A stretch of 64,000 bases of DNA, taken from positions 1,798,001 through 1,862,000 of the forward strand of contig JAMWBK010000006.1 in the NCBI GenBank assembly GCA_029953675.1, written 5' to 3'. Shown in pieces: positions 36,440 to 47,538 of the stretch. The DNA comes from Rhodosorus marinus CCMP1338. Lineage: Eukaryota; Plantae; Rhodophyta. The notes under the pieces are model-generated. The model searched no databases. It saw only the letters and a program-made list of their open reading frames with translations, and was not told where the DNA came from. Each line of letters begins with the position of its first letter. Within the stretch, counting starts at the first letter, position 1. The position numbers and the translations under genes were made by a program.

Positions 36440-39337
36440 TCAATCCACTGCAACTTCCGCCCTACACATGGGGCAGACCTTCCATGTTGATAACCATCGG
36501 TGTATACAATCGTCGTGGTAAAAATGGGTGCATGGTAGATGCGCTACGCTTGCTTCTTCTTCGAAGTCACAGCGGCAGATTGCGCACATCGGACACCGCT
36601 CTAAACCCTCTTCTGTAATCTGCTCAACTGGAAGTTTCGTGATTATCGCTTCCCCTGCGCCCGTGATCCGGCCCATGGCGGCTCTTCTCTCCTCCCACTC
36701 TAGAAGAGTCTCATAGGTCAAGTCCTCTGGTCCATCATCGTACGCCGTGAGACCCTCTGGAAAGCCTTCCGGCCTTCCATCAAGGAATGGATTGTGCCTC
36801 GGTAATCCTCTGGGAGGAGCTATTGTAAGTGTACCTCTCGTAGTCTCATTTTGTAAACAAACCTGCAACGGATTATACACAATGCACGTTCAGCCGTTTG
36901 TGTTTAGCACTCAACGGAAGAGCCCTGGGGCTTACCGTGCCACGAGGCCCAAGTCCTGCGCTCCCAATAGAAACATCCATGTCCGACTCCATGAATTGCT
37001 GTGCAGGAAACGGAATTAGAATACTATATCCACTCATGTCTGGTTCTTCATCCTCAGCCAACACGGACACAAGCACATGCCGAAGCGTGTCATGGCAAGG
37101 AAATTTCCTCATCACAACATCACCGTTTATCTTTCGTATCCGTAACTCGACATCGTCATTCGAACGTCGCAGTTCTGGATCAGCAACCTGCTCACCAGCA
37201 TCACAATTCAGCTTTTGGAGCTCCGCTTCGCGGCGGCGTTTCTCCTGCTCCCGTTTGATGACGCTCTCCTTTCGTTCCGCTGCTATTTGCCTGAGGATGG
37301 TTTCACGCTCCTCTTGTTTTCTTCGGAGCTCCGTTTTATACATCTGTTGGCTCTTTTGCACAGGTGAAAGCTCTTCTACCAGGGGTTTCACTTTTTGAGG
37401 TGATCTTGAGGAGCTACCTGGGGCTGGGACTTCCAGCTTCGCTGCCTCAAGGCGCTTCTCGGCTGCCAGTGCAGCTGCCTCAGCGCGAGCATCCATCTCG
37501 TCCGATCTCAAAAGCCGAAGCTCGGGCTCCGGGGTCAGATCCGCTTCGTTATCCTTGCTCCGCTCGGCAACTACAGGTGCTACTATGGCCTCGTCTGCCA
37601 CTACCAACTCCTCGCTTTCCCTGCATAGAACACAAGCATGCCACCGAGTGAATAGCAAGCAGGATTCTTGTTCAGTATCCTCAAGCTACCCAAAGAAAAG
37701 CCTCGCTCTATCAGAAAACGATGCAACTCGTATCGTGCATACCGTCGCGCTGCTGCAGAGGCAATTGCTTTTCGCATATCCTCTCGAGCTTGTTTAGCTG
37801 CCGGATCCAGGTCCATCGATGGGGAGGTGTGGTTGTTGGGTTCCTGCGTCCCTGCTCTGTGGGACTCAGCTTGTGGGACACTATCGACTCTGCGGCGTGT
37901 CTTTTGCAAGACGAGCATGCTCTTCGGGCTAAGGCCTGCTTCTGACAGTGATAGATCCATTAGATCTTCGCCGAAGTGCTTCCGAGAAAGTGGATCGACG
38001 AGCTCATAATCAGTCGGCACCTCCACAGAGCGGCAAAACAAAAAAGAGAGCTAGGGTCAGCGGGAGCGGCGTACATGGGTTGGTCATAACTCATAGGGAG
38101 AAGAAGCGTACTTTTCGGGGAGTCGAAGAGGAAGGGGGTTCATCGGACACCCATTCCTTTTCCCGAACTCTTCTCGCTTCCTCAAAAATTCTTTGCTTCT
38201 GTTCCTCATAATTCTACCACAAGAAAAATGGAATGAGAACATTTACCACCTCCATAGTGACATATGGAGTAGCGAACCTCGCGGTATTGCTTAGCCTCTT
38301 CGCAACCCTTCAAGACGTAAGTTCCTCCCCCTGCAAAGGGCTGGCCAGAACTCTGAGAATCTTCCCCAGCCTGTGGAGATGTTGATTGGCTCGCGAGCAG
38401 GGCATGCTCACGAATCTCGCGGAGTTTTGTCGAGCGATGGAATTCTCCTTTGACAATGAAACAATTGTCACACCGAATAGCCAATTCGAAACAGGTAATG
38501 TCGGTCTTCTGCGGGTTCTCTCGTTCCGGAACAGCTCCAGGTATCTTGTCGCTCTACAAATTCGATTAGAGGAGAAGTCAGACACGCGAGCCAAAGTTAG
38601 AGGACACTATGCAAGCGAAAGCAAGGGTTTCATACCTCCACACCGGGCACAGCGGGATGGAATTTCTGGACCCGACCCTCAGCGTCCTCTCTAATTTGAG
38701 CCAAGATCCTCTGCTTCTCGACCTCCTTCTCAGTCTTTAACTGTTTCAGTCTCTGATACCTCTCTTGGCGATCTTCTACTAAAGTATTCGAAATCGTCCT
38801 GCAGAGCAATGGACCCGCTTAAGTAGTGCGTAAAACAAGGTGATTTCGCCTAACACAGTCCAGTGCGATTGAGCCAACCTTGATGACTGACTGTATCTTG
38901 ACGGGGGTGTTTTAGAAGATCCAGTTCCATTCTGAGCTGGCGGTGAGGTAGACTTGCTGGGCGTCGTCAGATTTTCGCTGGTGGTTTGCGGTACGGACAG
39001 GACCAATTTCCGCGGTGAAGTGCACGCGGTGCACCTGCAGGACGCACCATAAGCCGGTTAGTGATGCCGGAAACTTTGAGGAAAAGTGCAGGCACACAAA
39101 ATCGCCGAGACGGAGAACTCGCAGGGGAAAGGGGAGAGACCACGGAAAACCAGGGCTGAACCCTAAGAGTGACATTGCTGAGGCGTGATAATCATACCTT
39201 GACGTGTCAGTCATGTTCACCAAGGTACAGACCTGGCATGTCCAACCATTCTGCGCTTCATTTTGACAGACTTCACACCTCACGCTTGCATTTTCATTTA
39301 GGAAAGTGCACGCGGAACACTCCCACGAGGTTGCCAT
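36440..39337 (-). CDS. NZF(RanBP2)x2 - coiled coil - UBX-like - coiled coil - UBX - RING-H2 protein
   Basis: N-terminal WECSACTFLN..CEVC and WTCQVCTLVN..C. Two UBX-like units end LSLSEAGLSPKSMLVL and VSIGSAGLGPRGT. The second is spliced in frame to CAICRCDF..LPCTHFYHDDCIHRWL..CPMC. Confidence 0.8.
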
Positions 39338-40269
39338 GAACCAGCTGACAGAGAGAATCCTCCAACACGAAAGCGAGCGAACCGCAGTCAGTCAGTACTT
39401 CTCACTCCAATCCTCAACGAACGCGAGAAGCAGAAAGGGCAAATTAGCCTCGTGCTCAGCGTCTTTTCATCAACTCTACGACCGATATACACAAAAACAA
39501 ATTCACAACCCTATCATCATCCTCCCTACATTTGTGTTGTCAGGAGAATCTGGGTCCACGAATCTGTTGACAGACACACAAAATGTTTCTCCTCTCAAAA
39601 CACACAAACAAACCAAAACAATAAAAAAAAAGACGTAACAAGTTCCGCAAACAGGTTTGTTCGCTCTCAACTCCCTCTCGTCCTCAAACAGTCTCCCCCC
39701 AGCAACATGTCACCAACCCTACCTCAAAAGCCCTATAAGAAGCCTCCTCTTCCAAACGCGCATACCAAACAAAAAAAAAAATCCAAAAAAAATTCTCGAA
39801 AATGAAAAATTTTCCCGTTTCCTCATGGCATTTTGAGATAATACGGAACATTAGCCAAAATTAAAGGTTTTTTAGATTTGGACCAAAAAGTTGCTTTCAT
39901 AGGATCACATTATTGAATAGCTCCAAGAAGAAGAAAAAAAAGGCATTTTCTGGATTTCATCTAGCACTATCTTCTAATTTATGATCATCTTGAGATATAC
40001 GAAGAGGGGCGTTCGAAGTTTGTCTCTGAAGAATAGAAGTTAATTTATTAAAACAAATTGTGATTGTATTGAGAGTTGTTCTACGGGGTAGGTTGTTTTA
40101 TCAGTATATCTTTATAGTTCTAAATTATGAATACGACGGGATAAAACGGAACTAACCCCCTGGATAGAAACCTCATCTCTGCAAATTTATCATAATATTA
40201 TTTTTGGTGCTTATTTATGATCCAGGATATTCCTGGAGGGGGGTAAACACTCGTTTGACGTGATTGGGG

Positions 40270-40378
40270 GAAGATATTGGTCTTTTTGAGCAACTGAGCG
40301 AAACTCACATTTGCTCTTCTATCGGGGAAAAAGAAGATATTTGGCCATTTGAGCAACTAAGCGAAACTCACATTTGCT
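40270..40378. repeat. Imperfect tandem duplication, period 63 bp
   Basis: The core GAAGATATT..TTTGAGCAACT(G/A)AGCGAAACTCACATTTGCT occurs at 40270-40315 and 40333-40378. Confidence 0.85.
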
Positions 40379-40732
40379 TATGCTGCTGCTGCATGGGGAG
40401 TTGGACTGTTGCGGGAGCAAGAAACCCAAGCTCCGATTCAAAAGGTGACGGGCTGGGATATGCTCTGTTGGATTTAGGTAACGTAGATCCCCCCCGCGTT
40501 GTTCTGATTGATCGGGGGTAATGTGCAGTATCGCCTAAAAAGTTTCCCTGTGCGTTTCTTGCTCGTTGCAAGGTTACTGTTACACCTCCACCTATAGATA
40601 TTAAACGCAGCTGCCCAGTCGCGTAGGAATATCCCACATCCCAGAAATTGCAAGCAAGAAGAGACAGTGTAACTTTTGCTGGCTTTACCGCTGTGTCAGT
40701 TTCTGTACAAGAGCATACTCCGCGTTAGCTGT

Positions 40733-43700
40733 TCACGAGACAACGCCTTCGGAACGCCGCCTCCTGTTCCGAGATTGCTGCTTTGCCTCTCTCCGTAGTT
40801 CGTCCATGCCTTCATAGAGAGCAGAGAATTGGCGCTTCTGAACGATTCCGCTTGACTGGTTCTCCGAAATCCCTGAGTTCCTAAGGCATAATCCCCAGAA
40901 AGGATCAATTTAGCTTCGCCGTCATTCACGCAGCGGGTAGCGGGGTGATATTTTACCCTCGGTAGTCTTCTGCCTCTCGCTTGGAACGCTGTTTCTCTTT
41001 GCGAGCTCCCTCCTTCACCTCCCCCAGAGAAAGCATTCTATGCAGCGTGAAGTCCAAAAAGGACACAGCAGATGACATACCCCTAACTCTCTCGTAGTGA
41101 CGTCTTGAGTGCGCTACTAGTGCATCCAAGATTGCTTTGTCACTCGAAGCCTTGAAAATATCTGCTAGTCGATCCATTCTAACTGTCGTGAATATTACTC
41201 GAAGTATCGCGTGAGTAACGGCAACCATGGAGACACTGCCACCTACAGCGTTCCAATCGCGACAAAACTCGAGCAGCTTTTTCACAGACTCGTCCTCTGT
41301 ACACAGTTCCTTGATTGCCTGGTTCAGTGCTTCTAGTCCATCCTCGGACTTCAAAACAGTGGCAACGATATGCTCCACTTTCCTGGGTTGCGATAGCTCA
41401 ACGCCTCCGCGAAACGCAGCTGACCAATCCTGATTTCGGATGGAGTCTGAAACGGCTTGGTCTCTAAACGCAGAAATGAGAGGGAGTAATCAGAAATCAC
41501 AAGCCACGTAGATAGGAGGTTGGGAAATAGCATACTTCAGCGTGCGCTGATACGACTCCTCAAGTTGCTCCTGGCGGACTCGCTCAGAGACGTCCTTCCA
41601 GATACGCAAAGTCCCATTCGCAGCACCGGAAACGATTCTATCACCATCGGAAATGGAGCTCAAGGACCAGACTCTATCCGAGTGTGCATCTATTTCAGCC
41701 GACTGCGAGCCCTCGCGAGCGTCCCAGATCCTAACCATTCCGTCTGCTCCAGCCGACGCAATTTGTGTCCCCGATGATATAAACAGCACCTATTCGAGTG
41801 AATACAATCCCATAAATTTAGAAAAGGGGCTCTTTTGCGTATAGATATGAGGACGAAAGATGTGGGGATTCCTCTTTTACCTTGAGGACTGCTGCTCCGT
41901 GGCCCTCGATTGTCCTCAGACAAGTCCCGTTGGCACTGTTCCACGCCTTGATTGTCTTATCCGCTGAAGCACTAACAACGACAACGTCCACGGGAGAAAA
42001 GCAGACGCTCCAAACACCTCGGCGGTGGCCCTTACAGGTAGCTATCAGCGTGGAGTCAGTGCGCCTCCACAGCTTCACAGTTCGATCTGTACCGAGGAAA
42101 CAAGAATCTGAATGGAGCGTTTTCTGGCGGAGACGCTGCGAACCCGAAGTTCCATCCGTCCAGGCAAATGATCTGTTTCTCCCTACCTTGCGAGCCTGAG
42201 GCTATAATCTTGTTATCGGGCGAGACTTCTACACAGTTGATATCCTTCTCATGCGCAAGCACCGTCCACAAAGCCGAAACCTTCTTCGCAGCAGAGACAT
42301 TGGATAAACTCCACAGCTTCACTGTCCTAGATGTTACAAACCGAAGTGAAAACGTTGAACGGGTCTGCGTCCAGATTATGCCGCATTTTTTCAGCATTCT
42401 GGAATTGCGAGTGATAACCTTACTTATCAGCGGCACCGGTAACAAAAAAATCCCTAGATGGCTGTTTCTTTTGCTTTTTTGCCAAAGCGACTGCCCCCAC
42501 GGCGTCTGTATGGCCTTCTGCGACACATATGAGCGAGGAAGCGTATTCTTCCTCGTTGAATTTCCATACTCTTGCAGTTTTGTCTTTGGACGATGAAGCT
42601 ATGAATTCACCACCAACGTCAATCGCGAGAACGACGTTTGCGTGGCCAGATAGGGATGCAGAGTGGTCCCAAATGTCAGAGTCCGTCGGAGTCAGGATTC
42701 GAACCTATGACGAGAGTAAGTTGCAGCGGGTTCGAATGTGTCGATTAGATACTTCCCCTGGATTCGGAAAGCTGAATTGCGGCCTACGTCGTTGGAGTTC
42801 GAAGCTATGGCAATGTGCCGACCTAGAACCTTCGCGTCATAAATCTCATCCAGATTTCCTACGGTCAGGGATCTCTGTGTGCCATCCGTCGGATCAAGAG
42901 AAAGAACATCCCCTTCCACTTTGCTGGCAACTAAAACATCTCCTGCAAGCGTTAAATCGGATACGTTGCCGTACTCCTTCCTTCGCAAGACCTGACATAT
43001 TGCCAGGAAGAACGACATTCTATTGAGATCCTAGAAGGAGTTTTATGGAGATACTTGTCAGATGCGTTGCTACCCACTTCAGATGAAGTTTTAAGATCCC
43101 AAAACCGAATACCGCCGTTCTCGCCCGTGGTGCACGCTTTTGTCTCATTATCGCAAACTGCGAGAGTTTCTAATGATTCTTCCGCAACGATCGTTTTCTG
43201 AACCTTTCCCTCATGACAGTTCCAGACCGTAAGAATGCCATCTCTACCGCTCGAAACGAGAGACCGGTTTGCGTTGAAAAGCGCCAGAGACGTGACTCCC
43301 TTCGCGTGGTGTTTCAATGTCATCGATTTTCGCGTTACAAGATCAAATTTTTCGATATCTCCCATCTCAGTTCCCACAAATATCTCCAGGGATTCTCGGA
43401 AAAGCACACAAAGAATTCCTTTTTTCGATGCAACGCAAAAAACCACAACATTCAGAAAGCCCGTGGGGGCGCGAAGGGCCAAGCAATCGTGGGCACCCCA
43501 TAACTGGCAATGGAAACCCTACAAGGAACCGAAAACAGTCGAATCGTCCGCTGTCAGATTAAATTGAATGCTTACCACTTCCTCCTCCAGCTGATCCAAC
43601 AGTGAAGGAGTGCGTACAATGTCCCGCTTCAGCATCAAATACGCGTAAGTTTCCGTCAGGACTTCCCACAACCACAAGACCTCCACTGATGTCAAAGGCA

Positions 43701-44262
43701 ATGCAGGAAACTGACGAGTTTGGAAACGCCCTGAATTTTGTGGCGGAGGCGCAGTTCTGAGATGTCGATTTCTCAGCCTTTGATAAGGAGATATCAAGCT
43801 CGTCATCATCATCATCCTGTAGGTTTCTCAAAGACACACTTCTTGACGTGATGTCGACAGGAACAATCCACGTTGTGACGAATCCATTGTTTGATCCTAT
43901 TGCTAGTCGATCTCCTCGCTCAGACACCGCCAGTGCGGTGATATCGCTCCTGAAGTGGATGAGAAAAACAAGAACTTAAGCTCCTGCAAAAAGAGTGCAC
44001 AGACCGCCAAGGGCAGGTTTTCTCTTGTCAGTCAAAAAACTTTTGGTGCTGTTTCGTCTTACCCATTTGGATCGGTCAACTCATCATGAATGGAAATCTT
44101 CCCGCGGGGGTCAATCGAAGCAACCGCAACAGAATCACCGCGAGGAAAAAGAATCAGGGAGCTCTTATTACCAGCCGACGCTAAGCGTCCGCCCAGATAC
44201 ACCGCATTCAGCTTCTTCTCTAGTTCGAAATCAGTCCGCTCCTTTCGCTTTTTGGTAGACAT
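40733..44262 (-). CDS. UTP13: UTP13/TBL3, WD40 U3 snoRNP processome subunit (multi-exon)
   Basis: Many WD repeats (AHEKDINCVEVSPDNKIIASGSQ, CKGHRRGVWSVCFSP, AHSDRVWSL) and the Utp13 C-terminal motif LLEFCRDWN..HSRRHYERV. The spliced last exon stops at 40733. Confidence 0.93.
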
Positions 44263-45704
44263 TGTCGACAAGCAGCAAGAGCAACAAACCACCCATTAAC
44301 TTCTACACCTCATCTTCTCCTATCGTCCTCCTGATATTCCCTTGAAAAGCTTCTCTGATGTACTGAAGCAAACCACAAAACCTGGTTACCTATTCAGCCT
44401 CAACATCGGACCGACCCAAAGCGGCAACTACCCCTGCAACTCAGGCGCACAAAACGCGAAGCAGCCAACCCTGACGTCCTAGGAAGGAGACAAAACCGTC
44501 AGCCAAGGTTGTAGTCGTTCTTAAGCGAGTTCAAAGGGCTGAGCAGTTTTTCAAAGAAACGAAAACCAGACACGCAACAATGGAAACAAAGCAGGCAGGG
44601 TTCATCTTCAGCTAGAATCTTTGTTCCTTGGACTCAGATCACAAAAACCCTCTCCGCGACCACTGCTGTCTATCTATAAATCACGAACTAACTAAAAAAT
44701 AATCAGCTCGTCGAAGGTCGCAAACTTAAGAGGAGGCGGACCGTATCACACCAGCAACGAAACAAAAACACCTGTTCAGAATGTCCGGCTTGCTTACCAC
44801 GTCCTCTTAGGCCAAATCCCGCGGACAACTTGATGTCCGAGCAGTTATGAGCGACAAGCTTCAACTCAGAGTCTCAACAAGCAAACTTCTTCCGGGCAAA
44901 AATCTCTGTCACATAGCAAACTGCCCTCCTTCATCAATCCTAGAAATCAATATCAAAATCTGAGATGTTATCGACGGCGTGCTCCTCAACCCAAATTCGG
45001 TGAAATCCAACTTGCAATGGTCAATATGGTCGTGAGAAGGAAACTCAGGGAGTGAGAAGAGCTGTTATCCTGAGGGTTGAGTCTGCTTAGATTTTCCTGA
45101 CCAAGGAGCCAACGATGAATTTCACTTCCAACCTCATCCAGTGTAGTGAAAACGATCCCGGAACTGTTTGGACTCGCGGAGGCAAGCTTGTATCAGTGAG
45201 AATCTTGTACAGGCCTATGAGCCAAGCAGCTATGAATCAAAGATCATCATGAGCCAAGCTATGTACTTCGGTGGGTTCAGAGGCAAAGGATTAGTCACTT
45301 GTTAGTCTTCGCGACGATCGAGAGTCGAGTCAACATGAACGGGTTGTTTGCTCTTCTTGGAGTATGGGACCCTCATTGCTTGTTCTCAAGGTGCCCTTAC
45401 TTGGAGAAACTTCCAAACCGCTCCTACTAGTCCCTAGCTCGAGGATGGTTGGCAGAAGAGCTGAGGACTCGTGTAGTACATTATCCGTGCGTACGCTACT
45501 TCGTGAACAGGCTTTGAGGCGTCATCTCCTAAAATACATGAGACTTCTACTGCGGTATCCACCAATGGCTCGCATGGCCAAGCAAGAAGGGAGTTGTGCG
45601 TGCAAAATCGTGACTAAGGAGCTTGACCAGAGCTAATGTTGACGTCCTGGTTGCCTTGCGCATGAACCCACAGTATGGTGAAGTTCTATACGTCCATAAA
45701 CTGA

Positions 45705-45735
45705 ATGCAGCCGATTCTTCGAGAATCGGCTGCAT
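45705..45735. repeat. Perfect 14-bp inverted repeat
   Basis: ATGCAGCCGATTCT-TCG-AGAATCGGCTGCAT. Confidence 0.85.
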
Positions 45736-45930
45736 CCGGATTCATACAAGAAGCTCAACTTGAATCAGATCGGTATTATATTTATATACGTCGCAGCAGA
45801 AGGGCGCCAGTCGTCCCGTGCACCTCCGGGTCAAGGCCGCACAAAAAAAATAGAAAAACGGAGTACTGATGCCATGATTCACTTCCGCAGTCATCCGCAA
45901 CGGATCTTCGACTATAGCGGACGCTTTTTT

Positions 45931-46317
45931 TTATGGGGACTCCCCGTCCTCGTTCAAATCCTCCAACCTCATCTTCCAAACTCTATCAAGCCACTCGTCT
46001 CTTTCCTCGAGGCATTCGTCGAAACCGTCCCGGGTCACATAAATCCACTACGCACAAGTGCAGAAACAAAATCACAAAACGAGCATAAGAAACACTTCTA
46101 GGGTGGGAAAATAAAATACAGGTGCCGCTAAATAAAAGCCAGCAACCTAAACACACTTTCTTTCTCTCTCTACCGAAACCCTTTATGAGGAAGGAATCCA
46201 ACGTACGGGTCTCCCAACCGTGAACTGTCTCCACAAAGCGGGCAAGTATCCTATACCAGATGTGGCAATAGCAACAATCGCAAACGACGGAATAACCGCC
46301 TTCCAAGCAGCGGACAT
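45931..46317 (-). CDS. NDUFA1: Complex I accessory subunit NDUFA1/MWFE (2 exons; absent from the ORF track)
   Basis: MSAAWKAVIPSFAIVAIATSGIGYLPALWRQFTVGRP, intron 46048-46206, then WIYVTRDGFDECLEERDEWLDRVWKMRLEDLNEDGESP*. This matches the plant pattern W..+P..TM..GRP...D.+D..+E.RD. Confidence 0.8.
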
Positions 46318-47538
46318 GCTGTGAACCACCGTTCTTCCTCCTATTTCCTCTCAAAACAAACGAGCCTTTCTCTCCACCAAAAAAAAAACCTAAAAAACTT
46401 CAACTCCCCACTCCAATGGGTTCGTTACTTCACGTAATTCTGCTCTACAGAATATTCAAAATAAGATAAGGAAAGACCAAGAAGAAGAAGAAAACCCAAA
46501 GAAACCCCTTCAGCTGCAAATCACCATCTTCAACGAGCTTTCCTCTCACCATTCCCACCCACAGTCTCCTCTTCATCAATCCCATTTGACCTCCAAAAAC
46601 CTATGTCCCCACCAATGCCAAAGCCCAATCGAGAAAAGAAGCGGAAAAAAAGAAAAAAAGGAGAAACCGAGAAACACCCTCGATTTTCACCACCAAACCA
46701 ACTTATAACCAATCCGAACCTTTTTTTTACATGTTTTTACAGCATTCCTCATCGAACCTTTCTAATCAATGCCAAAAACCCCGTTTTTGAAACTGTCCTT
46801 GACTAAAGTTTTATATTTTCATACTCGTATTTTTATTGTATTTTTAGTTTACATATATAGTTTAGTTTAATTAATAAACGATATGATGACTTCACCGGTT
46901 GCGAACCTGAAATCATCCAAAATGTATTTCTTTTTAATATTAATCTGGTCACCTGGGTGGGTTGCATATGTTTTCTAAAAACTTTATTCCTAATAGTCGC
47001 TACAACGGGCAGAAGCACGGATATGCTTTTGTCAATAATTGTTACATTGCTTTTGGGGCACTAAGCTTGATTTTTTGCGCATAAAAATCCGGGGTTGAGA
47101 ATCGCACCAGTTTTTACGTATTTCAATGATCTGGCTACGCGATCATATCGAAAACAATTTAGTTGGTTGTTGGCTAGGTAGTACTAAGTATGGAGTTAGT
47201 ACGCACTATCGGTGGAATCGCCGGTGTTGCGGGGAGGATTTGGTATGCGCTCTGTTGTTGCTCAGCCTTGTTCAGTTTCGTGGTGTATTGCGCGAAATTT
47301 AGAATAAGATGCGCACACTAAGCGCCTTCGTTGAGATAGGCCCAACCCCGCTGTTGTGATTTGAATAGAATGCGTTCGTTGACTCTGTTATTTTCCACCC
47401 TGTTGCACGGGTTCCTGTACAAGGTCCTCATGGTGCCTCCATGACTTCAGTTAATAAGCACTTTACAGAGTTAATAGCAGTAGTCCGGAAAGAGAAAAAG
47501 GGAGAAACTGAAACGCACAAAATTCTATAACAATTGGA

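Noticed and set aside
40270-40378. CRISPR-like repeat-spacer appearance
   Set aside because: Only two diverged copies with 17 nt between them, no cas genes, and a eukaryotic context. It is a simple tandem duplication.
42693-42706. tRNA T-loop-like GGTTCGAATCC on the minus strand
   Set aside because: It coincides with an intron acceptor and the start of a UTP13 exon (VRILTPTD). No matching acceptor stem or D-arm is present.
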